Source of the DNA: Saccharofermentans sp.
GTDB taxonomy: Bacteria > Bacillota > Clostridia > Saccharofermentanales > Saccharofermentanaceae
Length of the DNA: 64,000 nt
Direction of reading: 5' to 3'
Assembly (NCBI GenBank): GCA_016292215.1
Contig: JAEFBB010000006.1
Location: 9,546 to 73,545 of the forward strand
Positions 38,779-49,503 of this stretch are shown one piece after another (position 1 is the stretch's first letter; each line of letters begins with the position of its first letter). Position numbers and translations under genes: made by a program. A model generated the notes under the pieces. The model did not search any database. It had not been told where the DNA came from and worked only from the letters and a program-made list of their open reading frames with translations.

Positions 38779-40674
38779 ATGCGCGGTGATCAATACATCG
38801 AGCCTGATAACAGATTTTATAAGCCTTCGAGGGATCCCAACGAAGGTACGATGACCCTTGTGGTCATTATTACTCTGCTGTTCGTATGCCTTACCGGAGT
38901 GCTCGCCGCTGTCTGGTTTAAGAAGGTCAACGTCAAGGAGACCATCGCCAATATCGATACGACAGACCAGTCAGGCTTTATCTCCGTTGCTTCACCTACA
39001 CCCACACCGATGCTCCCGCTGGCTGATTACCAGAATCCTATTCTTTATCCCGCCGGCGCGACAGTTATCATTAATCCCGATGCAGTTGTCGCAGACGACG
39101 TTAATCCCGTTAAGCGCAAGATCAACGAGTCGGTCATGGTAAACGGCCAGTTCGTTGACGAATACACCAGGGAAAATCCCATTTTCATGACAGACCCGCT
39201 GTTCTATGGCGATCTTCCGGGCATCTTCACATTCAGAGGAAATAACTTCAGGAACAGTGCTTCCTACGGATATACAAATATTTACAGAGGCGCTCTGACC
39301 GAGAGATGGGAGTACAACGGCATAGGCAAGCTCTTGTCCTCCACACAGAATTTCGAATGGTCAGGCGTAAGATGGACAGGCCAGCCTCTGGCAGTAGAGT
39401 GGCCGGTGGAAGTCCGCCAGCACATGAACATGTACGATTTTGCCAGACAGCAGCAGGGACTTACCGAAGTCATCATTGCGGCTCTGGACGGCAAGATCTA
39501 TTTCTTCAATCTCCAGAACGGCGCCATGACCAGAGATCCCATCAATGTAGGAGTATCGATCAAGGGCACACCCGCTCTTGACCCGAGAGGATATCCTCTG
39601 CTCTATGTCGGCCAGACCGACAACAACGGCGGAAAGATCTTCGGCATGTATGTCTATTCGCTCCTCGACGGATCGCTCCTTTATTACTATGACGGTTCAG
39701 ACGACGGCGCCTACAGGAGCAACTGGAATGCGTTCGATTCATCGCCTATCATCGACGGCGCTACGGACACGCTTATCTGGCCTTGTGAGAACGGCTACGT
39801 CTACACATTTAACCTTCATTCCAATTACAATCCCACGGCCGGCACCGTATCGGTCTCGCCTGAGGTTACGGGTTACAAGTATATTTTCGAGGACAACGTA
39901 GGCTCACACATGGGCATCGAGAGCTCGATCGCGGTATACGGCAACTACGGATACTTCATGGACAACACCAGGAACCTCTGCTGTCTTGACCTCAACTCTC
40001 TCACGATGGTCTGGACAAGGGTTTTGGGCGATGACTCCGATGTTACGCCTGTGATCAGCGAAGAGAACGGAATACCATACGTATATATCGGTACGGAAGT
40101 AGATAACCAGGGCGGAACGGGCGAATACTGCGGTGCCGCATATGTCTATAAGATCAACGGTCTTACCGGCGAAGTGGAATGGCAGAATTCCGTATCCTGT
40201 TACACATATAACGCTGAAGTCTCTGACTCTGACCAGAGCGGCGGATGCTTCGGAAATCCCATCATCGGCAAGGGCAAGATATCGAATCTTGTTATTTTCT
40301 CTTTTAGTATGACTAAAGGCCTTGCGAGCGGTAATAAAGTTGTTGCATTCGACAAGAACTTGGGTACGCAGGTTTGGGAATATAATATGAACATCTATTC
40401 GTACAGTTCACCTGTTGATTTCTATGATGCGCAGGAGAATGCATACATCGTAATTTGCGACTCGATCGGACAGATCCACATGATAAGCGCGGACTCTGAT
40501 CCGAATCTGTCTGAAAAGGACAGGAGAATCACATATATCCAGACCAAGAGGAATCTCGGCAAGTCTGACGAGACCGCTTCGGGTATCTGCATAGAGGCTT
40601 CTCCGATCGTATACGAAGGCATGCTCATCGTGGGAACAACATCCGGAAGCATTTTCGGCGTTGCGATAGAATGA
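38779..40674 (+). CDS. Membrane-anchored PQQ-like beta-propeller protein
   Basis: N-terminal TM, 'TFRGNNFR', 'WTGQP', 'FDSSP', 'IEASP' repeats. Confidence 0.7.
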   Translation: MRGDQYIEPDNRFYKPSRDPNEGTMTLVVIITLLFVCLTGVLAAVWFKKVNVKETIANIDTTDQSGFISVASPTPTPMLPLADYQNPILYPAGATVIINPDAVVADDVNPVKRKINESVMVNGQFVDEYTRENPIFMTDPLFYGDLPGIFTFRGNNFRNSASYGYTNIYRGALTERWEYNGIGKLLSSTQNFEWSGVRWTGQPLAVEWPVEVRQHMNMYDFARQQQGLTEVIIAALDGKIYFFNLQNGAMTRDPINVGVSIKGTPALDPRGYPLLYVGQTDNNGGKIFGMYVYSLLDGSLLYYYDGSDDGAYRSNWNAFDSSPIIDGATDTLIWPCENGYVYTFNLHSNYNPTAGTVSVSPEVTGYKYIFEDNVGSHMGIESSIAVYGNYGYFMDNTRNLCCLDLNSLTMVWTRVLGDDSDVTPVISEENGIPYVYIGTEVDNQGGTGEYCGAAYVYKINGLTGEVEWQNSVSCYTYNAEVSDSDQSGGCFGNPIIGKGKISNLVIFSFSMTKGLASGNKVVAFDKNLGTQVWEYNMNIYSYSSPVDFYDAQENAYIVICDSIGQIHMISADSDPNLSEKDRRITYIQTKRNLGKSDETASGICIEASPIVYEGMLIVGTTSGSIFGVAIE

Positions 40675-40683
40675 GGAGCGGTA

Positions 40684-41094
40684 ATGGACTTGGATAAGGC
40701 ATACGGAGCTATAGCTGTTTTGGAGGTCGAGATAAGGACCTTTGCAAACGAGGGATATGCGGTGAAGTATGATTTCGGACGCAAGGTCATCTCCTGGCGC
40801 GACAATTACATGTGGAACAATAATTTCACCAGGTCCATCAACGAGAATAATCTCGCCCTGATAAAGGACAGACTCCCGAAGTCCGGAATGCTCGAGTGGA
40901 TGGAAGGCTACAACATGGGGCTTACGGAAGAGTACGGCGACAAGACATCTCTTCCGGGTGAGTGGAAGATCGAAGTCGAATTCAAGGACAAGACAAGACT
41001 CAAGTCAGGCGCCGAGCAGCATTTCCCGAAGAAGTGGAAGAATCTCAAGACCTTGATCGAAGAGACTACCGGCTGCAGTTTTATCCTGAGATAA
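40684..41094 (+). CDS. Hypothetical protein
   Basis: GAGGAG RBS, operon-like spacing, terminator follows. Confidence 0.65.
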   Translation: MDLDKAYGAIAVLEVEIRTFANEGYAVKYDFGRKVISWRDNYMWNNNFTRSINENNLALIKDRLPKSGMLEWMEGYNMGLTEEYGDKTSLPGEWKIEVEFKDKTRLKSGAEQHFPKKWKNLKTLIEETTGCSFILR

Positions 41095-41125
41095 CAGGGA
41101 CGTTCGATATTCAGAGAGTGTGTGC

Positions 41126-41149
41126 GCAGGCATTTGGCCTGCTTTTTTT
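41126..41149 (+). terminator. Intrinsic terminator
   Basis: GCAGGC-ATTTG-GCCTGC-TTTTTTT. Confidence 0.75.
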
Positions 41150-41238
41150 GTCTTTGTAGTCGGTTTTGTCTGAATGTGATAGAATTTATCAATATGCCCG
41201 ATAATATGTACGAGCGTATTAAGAAGGAGAAGCAAGTT

Positions 41239-41847
41239 TTGGATTATCTGGAAGGATTGTTACTGGGTAAACTTTGGAGCGATACGGATTACGAGAACCG
41301 TAAGCATTTCGGTCTGTTTATTCTGTATGGCCTCTTTGTTGATGCTATAGTCCTTTACATTTACATTTTGAGCAGGGGCCTTTTAGGCTTCGGCAACATC
41401 GGACCTATCCATATTGCTGTCTTCGTTCTTTTGTTCCTGGCAAATCCTTTTATTTGTTTCAGATATTACCGAATGCCCTTGTGGGGCAAGATATTAATAT
41501 TATTGGTAAAGATTTCCAAATGTTACCTGATCATCAGCTATACGGTAAGTCTCCTTCTTCCGAGGCTGTCGGTAAGGGTTGATGATCTCCAGGATTATCT
41601 CATCAGTTATCTCAACCAGACGCTTGAGAAATACACTGAGAAATTCCAGGCAAGTGCAGGTTCGTTCTCAACAGTATTGGGAGTACTTGCGGGCGGCGTC
41701 CACGTAGTAGGCACCGTAATACTTTTCGCACTGGCTGCGATCGTGATCCCCAGCCTCATATATCTGGCTATCAAGCTCGTCCAGTATGTCTGGGATTGGA
41801 TCGTAAACATGTTCATTATCAAGAGGTTCTTCCCTCAGAGGAAATAA
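41239..41847 (+). CDS. Hypothetical membrane protein
   Basis: AAGGAG RBS before TTG at 41239 (MDYLEGLLLGKLWSDTDYE...); several TM helices. Confidence 0.6.
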   Translation: MDYLEGLLLGKLWSDTDYENRKHFGLFILYGLFVDAIVLYIYILSRGLLGFGNIGPIHIAVFVLLFLANPFICFRYYRMPLWGKILILLVKISKCYLIISYTVSLLLPRLSVRVDDLQDYLISYLNQTLEKYTEKFQASAGSFSTVLGVLAGGVHVVGTVILFALAAIVIPSLIYLAIKLVQYVWDWIVNMFIIKRFFPQRK

Positions 41848-41867
41848 GGAGGCTTAGAGGAGACCAT

Positions 41868-42878
41868 ATGGCAGAGCTTAGAGACAAGATCGATATAACG
41901 GTTGAAGAGCTCGAGGAATCCCTCGGCGCCGTAAGGCTTCCGCGCTTCATCAGAGATTCCGAGGACAGTTTTGTCGCCAGGATCGATGCGATCTGCGATG
42001 AGATAATCTCTGATCCCAATAAAAGAGCGGTATTTGTTTCCGGACCTACTTCGTCCGGCAAGACAACCTTCACTCTGAGGCTTTCCAAGAAGATCAATGA
42101 GAGAGGCAGGAAAGCCATCCACTTATCCCTTGATGACTATTACAACATCAAAGAGCTTAAGTGCGACAAGGACGGCAGGCCTGACTTTGAGACTATCGAC
42201 GCTTTGGATGTCGACAGGATCCAGAGGGATATCAAAGACCTCCTTGACGGCAAGACCGTTGTGCCGCCTTTCTTCGATTTCAACATCAGACAGCAGATGG
42301 AGGGTGACCCCGAGAATGCTGTTTATGTGGGAGATGACGGTGTCCTCGTTGTAGAGGGACTTCACGGATTGTCACCGAGGATCTCGGGCGAATGTCCTGC
42401 TGATAAGTGCTCGAAAGTATTCATCATGCCCTACGGCAATGTTTACTGCGATTCCAAGCTCATGGACAGCAACGAGATAAGACTCCTTCGAAGGATAGTA
42501 AGAGACTACCGCCACAGGAGCGCGCATGCGCTTTCCACTATCGATTACTGGCCTATGATCCAGAAATCTGAAGAGAAGTACTATGAGGAGTACTTAACAA
42601 GCGCTGACTATCATGTAAATTCATTCCTTGCTTATGAGAGCCTTATAATCGCTCCGATGGCAATGGGTGATATCAAGGAGGCCATGGAAAAAGCCCTCAA
42701 GGGCTCGATAGAGCCTTCCGTCTTCATGGAGAAGTCACCTTCAGGCAAATCTTTTGCGGATCTTTCTTCTGCTCTCGTCAAAGCGAATAAGCTTTTGGGA
42801 CACTTAGGCAAGATCCCGGTCATAAGCCCCGAGCAGGTTCCGGCTGAATCGATATTAAACGAATTCATCGGAGCGTAA
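41868..42878 (+). CDS. Uridine kinase / phosphoribulokinase family nucleoside kinase
   Basis: SGPTSSGKTT, 'LSLDDYY', 'VEGLHGL', 'RLLRRIVRD'. Confidence 0.8.
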   Translation: MAELRDKIDITVEELEESLGAVRLPRFIRDSEDSFVARIDAICDEIISDPNKRAVFVSGPTSSGKTTFTLRLSKKINERGRKAIHLSLDDYYNIKELKCDKDGRPDFETIDALDVDRIQRDIKDLLDGKTVVPPFFDFNIRQQMEGDPENAVYVGDDGVLVVEGLHGLSPRISGECPADKCSKVFIMPYGNVYCDSKLMDSNEIRLLRRIVRDYRHRSAHALSTIDYWPMIQKSEEKYYEEYLTSADYHVNSFLAYESLIIAPMAMGDIKEAMEKALKGSIEPSVFMEKSPSGKSFADLSSALVKANKLLGHLGKIPVISPEQVPAESILNEFIGA

Positions 42879-42904
42879 TTTTCGATTAGATAAGGAGGCA
42901 TATA

Positions 42905-43879
42905 ATGCCTATCAGAATAGCTAACAATCTTCCGGCAAGGCATATCCTTGAACAGGAAAGAATATTCGTTATGGAGGAAAACAGGGCCCTGTCCCAGGAC
43001 ATCCGTCCTATCAGGATCCTGATCCTCAATCTCATGCCGGATAAATCGACGACTGAGACACAGCTCTTAAGGGCCCTGTCCAATTCGCCTATCCAGGTAG
43101 ATGTCGAGCTCTTGTTCACCAAGACCCACCAGTCCAAGAACACTCCTGCAGAGCATCTTCTGAAGTTCTACAAGACCTTCGATGAGGTCAGCGAAGAATA
43201 CTTCGACGGCATGATCATCACGGGAGCTCCCATCGAGAAGCTTCCTTTTGAAGAGGTAGATTACTGGCCCGAATTAGTCGAGATAATGGAGTGGAGCAAG
43301 ACGCACGTTTACTCCACGCTTCATCTCTGCTGGGGCGCTTTCGCAGGGCTTTACTATCACTACGGCATCCCTAAGATCGTTTTGGACAAGAAGGTCTTCG
43401 GTGTTTTCGAGCACTCCATGACATGGTCAAGACCCGTTAAGCTCTTCAGAGGCTTTGACGATATCTTCTATGTTCCCCATTCCCGTTACACGGAAGTAAG
43501 ACGCGAGGACGTCGAGAAAAGATCTGACTTAAGGATCCTCTCGGAATCTGAAGAGTGCGGTATCTATGCCGTATCCGATCTGCACGGAAGACAGTTCTTC
43601 ATCACAGGCCACTCAGAGTACGACAGGGATACTCTGGACAGGGAATACAAGAGAGATATGGCAGCGGGCCTGGGCGACGTTGATCTGCCCAAGAACTACT
43701 ATGTCGATGACGATCCTGATAAGGGACCCCTGCTCAGATGGAGATCTTCCGCAACATTGATGTATACGAACTGGCTCAACTATTACGTATATCAGGAGAC
43801 CCCGTTCGACATCAACCTCATCAAGAGCATCCGCAACGAAGACTTGGTGCCCAACAGAGATTTGGAGAAAAATGGCTGA
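42905..43879 (+). CDS. metA: Homoserine O-acetyl/succinyltransferase
   Basis: 'QDIRP', 'LNLMP', 'ITGAP', 'CWGA', 'PHSRYT', 'TGHSEYD'. Confidence 0.95.
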   Translation: MPIRIANNLPARHILEQERIFVMEENRALSQDIRPIRILILNLMPDKSTTETQLLRALSNSPIQVDVELLFTKTHQSKNTPAEHLLKFYKTFDEVSEEYFDGMIITGAPIEKLPFEEVDYWPELVEIMEWSKTHVYSTLHLCWGAFAGLYYHYGIPKIVLDKKVFGVFEHSMTWSRPVKLFRGFDDIFYVPHSRYTEVRREDVEKRSDLRILSESEECGIYAVSDLHGRQFFITGHSEYDRDTLDREYKRDMAAGLGDVDLPKNYYVDDDPDKGPLLRWRSSATLMYTNWLNYYVYQETPFDINLIKSIRNEDLVPNRDLEKNG

Positions 43880-44765
43880 TACTATCTTGCTTAACAAAGA
43901 ACTGATATCAGGATTTGAGCCCCAAAGACCTGAAGACGGGCATAAGAATACTTTCGGTACTGCGCTTATCTGCGCAGGATCTGAATATATGACAGGCGCG
44001 GCCGTAATGGCCACAGGCGCTGCTTTAAGATCCGGCGCAGGACTTGTTAAGGTCTTCTCCGAAGATAAGACGCTTGATGCGGTAAGAGTTACAGAGCCCT
44101 GCGCGCTCCTTGCACAAAGGCCTGACGGTACAGCCGCTTTGTTGCGCAAGGCAACTGAGCTTTGCAAGACCTCGGATTCGGTCCTCATAGGCTGCGGAAT
44201 ACCTTCCGGCTTTAAGGATCTTGAGGCTCTTGTTGCGCGCTTCCTCGAAAAGGCTGATGCCATCGTTCTTGACGCAGGTGCGCTTACCTTTAAGCCTGAC
44301 GCTTTGATTAGGATCTGCGAAAAGCTTAAAGCCAGGGAAGTGCCTGCCGTAATCACTCCTCATATCGGAGAGTTTGCAAGGCTCACAGGCCTTGATAAGA
44401 AGGGCGTCATGGAGAATTCCGGAGATCCGGCGCTCAGGTTTTCCGCGGAAAACAATTGCGTTACGGTCCTTAAGGGCGCGAAAACATACATAGCCACTCC
44501 TGACGGAAAGCTCTATGTAAACGATCTTGCAAACAGCGGGCTTGCAAAGGGCGGCTCCGGAGATGTCCTTGCAGGACTTATTGCAGGTCTCTTAGCCCAG
44601 GGCATGGAGCCTTACAAGGCAGCATGCTCTGCAGTATATATTCATTCAAAAGCCGGAGAAGCGGCAGCCAATGAAGTAGGAACAAGATCGATGTTACCGT
44701 CTGATCTTGCGGTATATCTGCCGGGAGCCTACATGGATGCCGGATGGGGTTGTGATGATGATTGA
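43872..44765 (+). CDS. nnrD: ADP-dependent NAD(P)H-hydrate dehydratase
   Basis: 'HKNTFG', 'GAGLV', 'TPHIGEF', '[12 protein letters not shown]'. Confidence 0.88.
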   Translation: MADTILLNKELISGFEPQRPEDGHKNTFGTALICAGSEYMTGAAVMATGAALRSGAGLVKVFSEDKTLDAVRVTEPCALLAQRPDGTAALLRKATELCKTSDSVLIGCGIPSGFKDLEALVARFLEKADAIVLDAGALTFKPDALIRICEKLKAREVPAVITPHIGEFARLTGLDKKGVMENSGDPALRFSAENNCVTVLKGAKTYIATPDGKLYVNDLANSGLAKGGSGDVLAGLIAGLLAQGMEPYKAACSAVYIHSKAGEAAANEVGTRSMLPSDLAVYLPGAYMDAGWGCDDD

Positions 44766-45906
44766 GAATACGTTTGACATGAACAGCAGTTTTGACCGCT
44801 CCTGCGTGGAGATAGATCTTGATGCCCTGAAGCATAATTTCGAGGAGATCAAGAAAGCTACCACTCCGGGCACCGGCATACTTGCCGTCGTAAAAGCCGA
44901 CGCATACGGCCACGGCGCTCTGGAGACAGCCAAGACCCTGATAGATTCGGGTGCTGCGGGACTCTGCCTTGCGACTATCGATGAGGCCGTAGAGCTCAGG
45001 AAGCACGGTATCGACGTGCCCATGATGACCTTGGGATATACCGATCCCACCAGATTCAGGGATGCGGTCAGGTATGACGTGGAGCAGGCAGTCTATTCTT
45101 TTGAGATAGCAAAAGCTTTGTCCGATGAGGCGATCAAGGCAGGCAAGAAGTGCAGGATACACATAAAGCTCGATACCGGTATGGGAAGGATCGGCTTTAA
45201 GACTGACGGATCCGAGACTGACGAGATAGTTAATTCATGCACGCTGCCCGGCATCGAGCCCTACGGGGTTTTCTCACATTTCGCTGCGGCAGATACCGAT
45301 GACGACGAATACACCAGATATCAGTTCGACTGCTTCATGAAGCAGATCGATGAGCTTAAGGGCAGAGGCATCACATTTGCCAAGAGACACATCTGCAACA
45401 GCGCGGGCATCTTAAGATTCCCCGGGATGCATCTTGATATGGTAAGAGCGGGCATCATCCTGTACGGACTTATGCCGCCCGGATGTCCTGCGCCCGTAAC
45501 CGACATCGATCTTAAGCCCGTAATGAACTGGTATGCGAAGGTCATACACGTTAAGACCGTACCTGCCGGCACCACGATAAGCTACGGCAGACACTTTACC
45601 GCTGACAAGCCCACGGAAGTAACCACCGTAGGCATCGGTTATGCTGACGGCTTGTCCAGAAGGCTCTCGAACGGCTTCGAGCTCATTATCGGAGGCAGGA
45701 GGTGCCCCATCATTGGCAATATCTGCATGGATATGTGCATGGTAGATACGACAGCTCTTGAAGAAAGGCCCAAGGTAGGCGACAAGGTCACAGTATTCGG
45801 CAGCGACAGATCCGCCGATGAGCTCGCTGAACGCCTGGGTACCATCAATTACGAGATCACCTGCGACGTCGGAAAGAGAGTCAGAAGGCTATATGTCGGA
45901 GGGTGA
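44755..45906 (+). CDS. alr: Alanine racemase
   Basis: 'AVVKADAYGHG', 'KLDTGMGRIG', 'GYADG', 'ICMD'. Confidence 0.95.
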   Translation: MMIENTFDMNSSFDRSCVEIDLDALKHNFEEIKKATTPGTGILAVVKADAYGHGALETAKTLIDSGAAGLCLATIDEAVELRKHGIDVPMMTLGYTDPTRFRDAVRYDVEQAVYSFEIAKALSDEAIKAGKKCRIHIKLDTGMGRIGFKTDGSETDEIVNSCTLPGIEPYGVFSHFAAADTDDDEYTRYQFDCFMKQIDELKGRGITFAKRHICNSAGILRFPGMHLDMVRAGIILYGLMPPGCPAPVTDIDLKPVMNWYAKVIHVKTVPAGTTISYGRHFTADKPTEVTTVGIGYADGLSRRLSNGFELIIGGRRCPIIGNICMDMCMVDTTALEERPKVGDKVTVFGSDRSADELAERLGTINYEITCDVGKRVRRLYVGG

Positions 45907-45942
45907 CCCCATAAGAAGTCCCGTAAGTTGTTGAGATTGTCG

Positions 45943-45971
45943 GTGAAAAATCAATTGAGATGCGCTATAAT
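45943..45971 (+). promoter_or_regulatory. Putative promoter for secY-adk-map-infA
   Basis: GTGAAA-17nt-TATAAT. Confidence 0.45.
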
Positions 45972-46010
45972 ACTTACGCTTTATTTATATATTAAGGAGA
46001 TTGTCAATTA

Positions 46011-47321
46011 ATGGGCACTTTGAGTGATAGCTTTAAGACACCGGAGATAAGGAAGAAGATACTGTTCACCTTCCTCATTTTATCCGTTCTCAGTCTGCTC
46101 ACGATCGTTCCGATCCCCGGCCTTAATCATGCAGTCGCAGTAGCTAAGATTGCCGATTGGGGTGATATGGGCAGAATCATCAATATCCTCTCGGGAAGGG
46201 CTCTCGCGAATGCCTCGATAATCAGCCTCGGAATATATCCTTTCCTCGTAGCTTCCATCATTATGCAGTTCGTAGTACTGCTCGTACCGAAGCTCCGCAA
46301 TCTTTCACAGATGGGCGATGAGGGAACAAAGCTCATTACAAAGATCAACAGGATCGCAGCTCTTATCGCTGCAGGCGTTTATGCAGTCCTTTACTGCGTA
46401 GGCATGGCAGGAGCAGTCACGACCAGGATCAATTTCTGGGTCGGCATCGTCCTCTGCGGTGTAGCTGTTGCTGTCGGAAGCGCTTTCTGCGGATGGTGCG
46501 TCGAGCTCCTCAACAACAAGGGCATCGGCAACGGACTTACGATCATCGTAGTCGCAGGCGTCGTAAGAAGCATCCCTGAGGAGATCTACGGTCTTTATCA
46601 CCAGTCCACTGTCCTCGGCAGACTTCCCGCAGTATTCCTCGTAGGAATGGGCTGCCTTTTCTGCATCGGCATTCTCTTCCTGGTCATCCTTTTGAACCTT
46701 GGTGAGAAGAAGCTCCGCATTATCTTCTCCAAGAGAACAGTCGGCATGAAGCAGTACGGCATGCAGAACCAGGTCCTGCCTCTCAAGGTAACCCAGGCCG
46801 GAACAACACCTGTTATCTACACTCTCGTAATTCTTCTGATCCCTTCTGTCATCGTCGCAATGGTAGTACCCGGTACGGACAGCGCCGTTGCAGAGTGGTT
46901 CAAGAATTTCGTTGAGAAGGTCGCATTCCTGCCTTTGTTCATAGTATTGATCGTAATGTTTACGAACCTTTTCTCGCTCATGCAGTTCAATCCTTTCGAT
47001 ATTTCCAAGCAGATCAAAGAAAACGGCGGTTATATCCAGGGTCTTCGTCCCGGTAAGCCCACAGCACAGTACCTGATGAACGTTTACAGAAATCTGAACA
47101 TCGCAGACTGCGTTTATCTCATCCTGATCTGCATCATTCCTATGATAGTTAACTATTTCCCTGCATTCAGGGGCGTCTGCCTTGGCGGTATCGGTATCGC
47201 TCTCGTAGGCGGCGGCTTCATCGAAATGAAGGCCATCCTCGACAACAGCCTGAAGACCGAACAGGAGAAGGCAAAGGCTGCCGGCAAGGAAAAGAAGCGC
47301 AAGAATTACACCAAGAAGTAA
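46011..47321 (+). CDS. secY: Preprotein translocase subunit SecY (divergent)
   Basis: 'SLGIYPFLVASIIMQ', 'GIGNG', 'LPLKVTQAG', 'GLRPGKPT'; upstream of adk. Confidence 0.88.
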   Translation: MGTLSDSFKTPEIRKKILFTFLILSVLSLLTIVPIPGLNHAVAVAKIADWGDMGRIINILSGRALANASIISLGIYPFLVASIIMQFVVLLVPKLRNLSQMGDEGTKLITKINRIAALIAAGVYAVLYCVGMAGAVTTRINFWVGIVLCGVAVAVGSAFCGWCVELLNNKGIGNGLTIIVVAGVVRSIPEEIYGLYHQSTVLGRLPAVFLVGMGCLFCIGILFLVILLNLGEKKLRIIFSKRTVGMKQYGMQNQVLPLKVTQAGTTPVIYTLVILLIPSVIVAMVVPGTDSAVAEWFKNFVEKVAFLPLFIVLIVMFTNLFSLMQFNPFDISKQIKENGGYIQGLRPGKPTAQYLMNVYRNLNIADCVYLILICIIPMIVNYFPAFRGVCLGGIGIALVGGGFIEMKAILDNSLKTEQEKAKAAGKEKKRKNYTKK

Positions 47322-47334
47322 GGGAGGCACACTT

Positions 47335-47988
47335 ATGAATCTGATCATTTTAGGAGCACCCGGTTCCGGTAAGGGAACATCAGCAACAGTATTAAGAGAG
47401 AAATTCGATCTTGCTCACATCTCTACAGGCGATCTGTTCAGATACAACATCAAGGAGAACACCCCCCTTGGAATCGAAGCAAAGTCATATATCGACAAGG
47501 GAGCTCTCGTTCCCGATGACGTTACCATCAGAATGGTAGAAGACCGTTTGAGCAACCCCGACTGCGAGAAGGGTTATATCCTTGATGGTTTCCCGAGAAA
47601 CATCGCCCAGGCTGAGGCTCTTGATAAGATGCTCGAAGCAAAGGGCTCAAAGATCGACGCAGTAGTATATGTTAAGTGTGATGACGAGATCATCATGGAC
47701 AGAGTTACTACAAGACGTGTATGCGAGAAGTGCGGAGCAAGCTTCAACGTTAAGTACATGCCCACAAAGGCAGAGGGCATCTGCGACGTTTGCGGCGGCA
47801 ATGTCATCCAGAGATCTGACGATAATCCGGAGACAGTATCCAAGAGACTCGAGACATACAGAGTCAATACACAGCCCCTTATCGATTTCTACAACGAGAG
47901 AGGAATCATCGTAGAGGGCAACAACAATGTCGATTCCGAGACATGCATCGCTTCTATCGAAGCAGGTCTTAAGAACTTAGGACTCTAA
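47335..47988 (+). CDS. adk: Adenylate kinase
   Basis: GAPGSGKGT, 'HISTGDLFR', 'LDGFPR', Zn-lid cysteines. Confidence 0.96.
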   Translation: MNLIILGAPGSGKGTSATVLREKFDLAHISTGDLFRYNIKENTPLGIEAKSYIDKGALVPDDVTIRMVEDRLSNPDCEKGYILDGFPRNIAQAEALDKMLEAKGSKIDAVVYVKCDDEIIMDRVTTRRVCEKCGASFNVKYMPTKAEGICDVCGGNVIQRSDDNPETVSKRLETYRVNTQPLIDFYNERGIIVEGNNNVDSETCIASIEAGLKNLGL

Positions 47989-48007
47989 TTAGAAAAAGGT
48001 ATTATAA

Positions 48008-48778
48008 ATGGTAGAAATCCTTACCAATGAAGAATTCGAGAAGATGAAGGCGGCAGGCAAGATCCTGCAGCACGTTTTCAAGGCATGCAGAGACCAGATC
48101 AAGCCCGGCATATCCACACACGATGTAGATAAGCTTTGCTATGACATTATCAGAAGCTATGACGCGATCCCTTCTTTTCTTAATTACGGCCAGCCCCCGT
48201 TCCCCGGAACGATCTGCGCTTCCGTCAACGAAGAAGTCGTTCACGGAATTCCGAGAAAGTCGAGAATCCTCAAAGAAGGTGATATCATCTCTGTTGATGT
48301 AGGCGCCATTCTTGAAGGCTATCAGTCGGATGCATGCAGGACATACATGGTCGGCGAGGTAGCTCCTGAGGTAAAGGCTCTTGTCGAACACACCGAAAAG
48401 TCTTTCTGGAAGGGATTGGAGTTTGCCAAGGTCGGCATGAGGACCGGTGATATCGGAAATGCCGTTCAGGAATATTGCGAAGGCTTAGGCTACGGCGTGG
48501 TAAGAGAGCTCACGGGTCACGGCATCGGCACAACGATGCACCAGGATCCCGATGTTCCTAACTACGGAAGACCGGGCCACGGCTATAAACTCAAAAAAGG
48601 TATGGCAATCTGCATCGAACCGATGATAACATTGGGTACACGTGAGATTGAGCTTTTGGGAGACGGCTGGACGATAGTCACACAGGACGGCAAGCCTGCC
48701 AGCCACTATGAGAATACGATATTAATTACGGATGAGGGTCCGTATCTTACAACTTATGATTATGAGGAGGGTTATTAA
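48008..48778 (+). CDS. map: Methionine aminopeptidase type I
   Basis: '[11 protein letters not shown]', 'GHGIG', 'IEPM', 'HYENT'. Confidence 0.96.
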   Translation: MVEILTNEEFEKMKAAGKILQHVFKACRDQIKPGISTHDVDKLCYDIIRSYDAIPSFLNYGQPPFPGTICASVNEEVVHGIPRKSRILKEGDIISVDVGAILEGYQSDACRTYMVGEVAPEVKALVEHTEKSFWKGLEFAKVGMRTGDIGNAVQEYCEGLGYGVVRELTGHGIGTTMHQDPDVPNYGRPGHGYKLKKGMAICIEPMITLGTREIELLGDGWTIVTQDGKPASHYENTILITDEGPYLTTYDYEEGY

Positions 48779-49011
48779 TGGCGAAGGAAGATGTTATTGA
48801 AGTACTGGGAGTAGTTGATGAAGCATTGCCCAATGCAATGTTCAAGGTAAAGCTCGACAGCGGCCACATCGTGCTCGCTCATTTATCCGGCAAGCTTAGA
48901 CAGAATTACATCAAGATTCTTCCGGGCGACAAGGTAACAATGGAGATTTCGCCATATGATCTTTCACGCGGCAGGATCACCTGGAGAGGCGAGAAGAAGC
49001 CTAAGGCATAA
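48778..49011 (+). CDS. infA: Translation initiation factor IF-1
   Basis: MAKEDVIE...LPNAMF...[10 protein letters not shown]. Confidence 0.97.
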   Translation: MAKEDVIEVLGVVDEALPNAMFKVKLDSGHIVLAHLSGKLRQNYIKILPGDKVTMEISPYDLSRGRITWRGEKKPKA

Positions 49012-49032
49012 GCCGCAATTTAAGCTGTTTTC

Positions 49033-49060
49033 GGGCACCTCGGAAAATTTCGGGGTGCTT
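49033..49060 (+). terminator. Hairpin / terminator after infA
   Basis: GGGCACCTCGGA...TTCGGGGTGCTT stem. Confidence 0.5.
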
Positions 49061-49071
49061 TAAATTTCTTG

Positions 49072-49099
49072 TTGAAAACCATATAGATTCTGCTATAAT
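49072..49099 (+). promoter_or_regulatory. Promoter for rpmJ-rpsM-rpsK-rpsD-rpoA-rplQ
   Basis: TTGAAA-16nt-TATAAT with extended TG. Confidence 0.6.
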
Positions 49100-49167
49100 A
49101 GTTCAGCATGCGCTCAAAAGGCGCCTGTATTTGTTGTGGAAAAATATCAGCAACAGGAGGTACTAAG

Positions 49168-49281
49168 ATGAAAGTACGACCGTCAGTAAAGCCGATGTGC
49201 GAGAAGTGCAAGATCATTCGTCGCAACGGTAAGGTTATGGTCATTTGCTCCGACCCTAAGCATAAGCAGAGACAGGGTTAA
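49168..49281 (+). CDS. rpmJ: 50S ribosomal protein L36 (absent from the ORF track)
   Basis: Translates to [37 protein letters not shown]; AGGAGG RBS. Confidence 0.97.
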   Translation: MKVRPSVKPMCEKCKIIRRNGKVMVICSDPKHKQRQG

Positions 49282-49290
49282 TGCAATTGA

Positions 49291-49461
49291 CGGGCTTTCG
49301 TATGTACGGAATTAGCCCCGTACTCCGGTAATGGCGAAGGCCGCGGGATAAAAGCTCCTTCCCGCAAAGCACATTTATAAGAATAAGTAATCATATTAGA
49401 TATCCCGTACCGAAAGGGCGGCTGCTCCCTAACCCGGAGTTCCTTGACTTACGCGTGTCAA
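49291..49461 (+). ncRNA. Candidate structured ribosomal-protein leader upstream of rpsM
   Basis: Nested stems ACTCCGG/CCGGAGT, GCGGGA/TCCCGC, CC-GAAA-GG, TTGAC/GTCAA in a 222-bp spacer. Confidence 0.45.
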
Positions 49462-49503
49462 ATAGAGATTAATACCACTTTATCCAATACGGAGGTACAT
49501 TAA

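Noticed and set aside
42879-42904. Expected SAM riboswitch or T-box before metA
   Set aside because: The spacer is only 26 bp, leaving no room for one
43613-44356. 247-aa antisense ORF over metA/nnrD, and similar shadows at 54317-55066 and 57163-57909
   Set aside because: They fully overlap conserved genes and their composition mirrors the sense-strand codons
46305-47348. 347-aa antisense ORF over secY
   Set aside because: Antisense frame kept open by the codon bias of a hydrophobic gene; no domain signal
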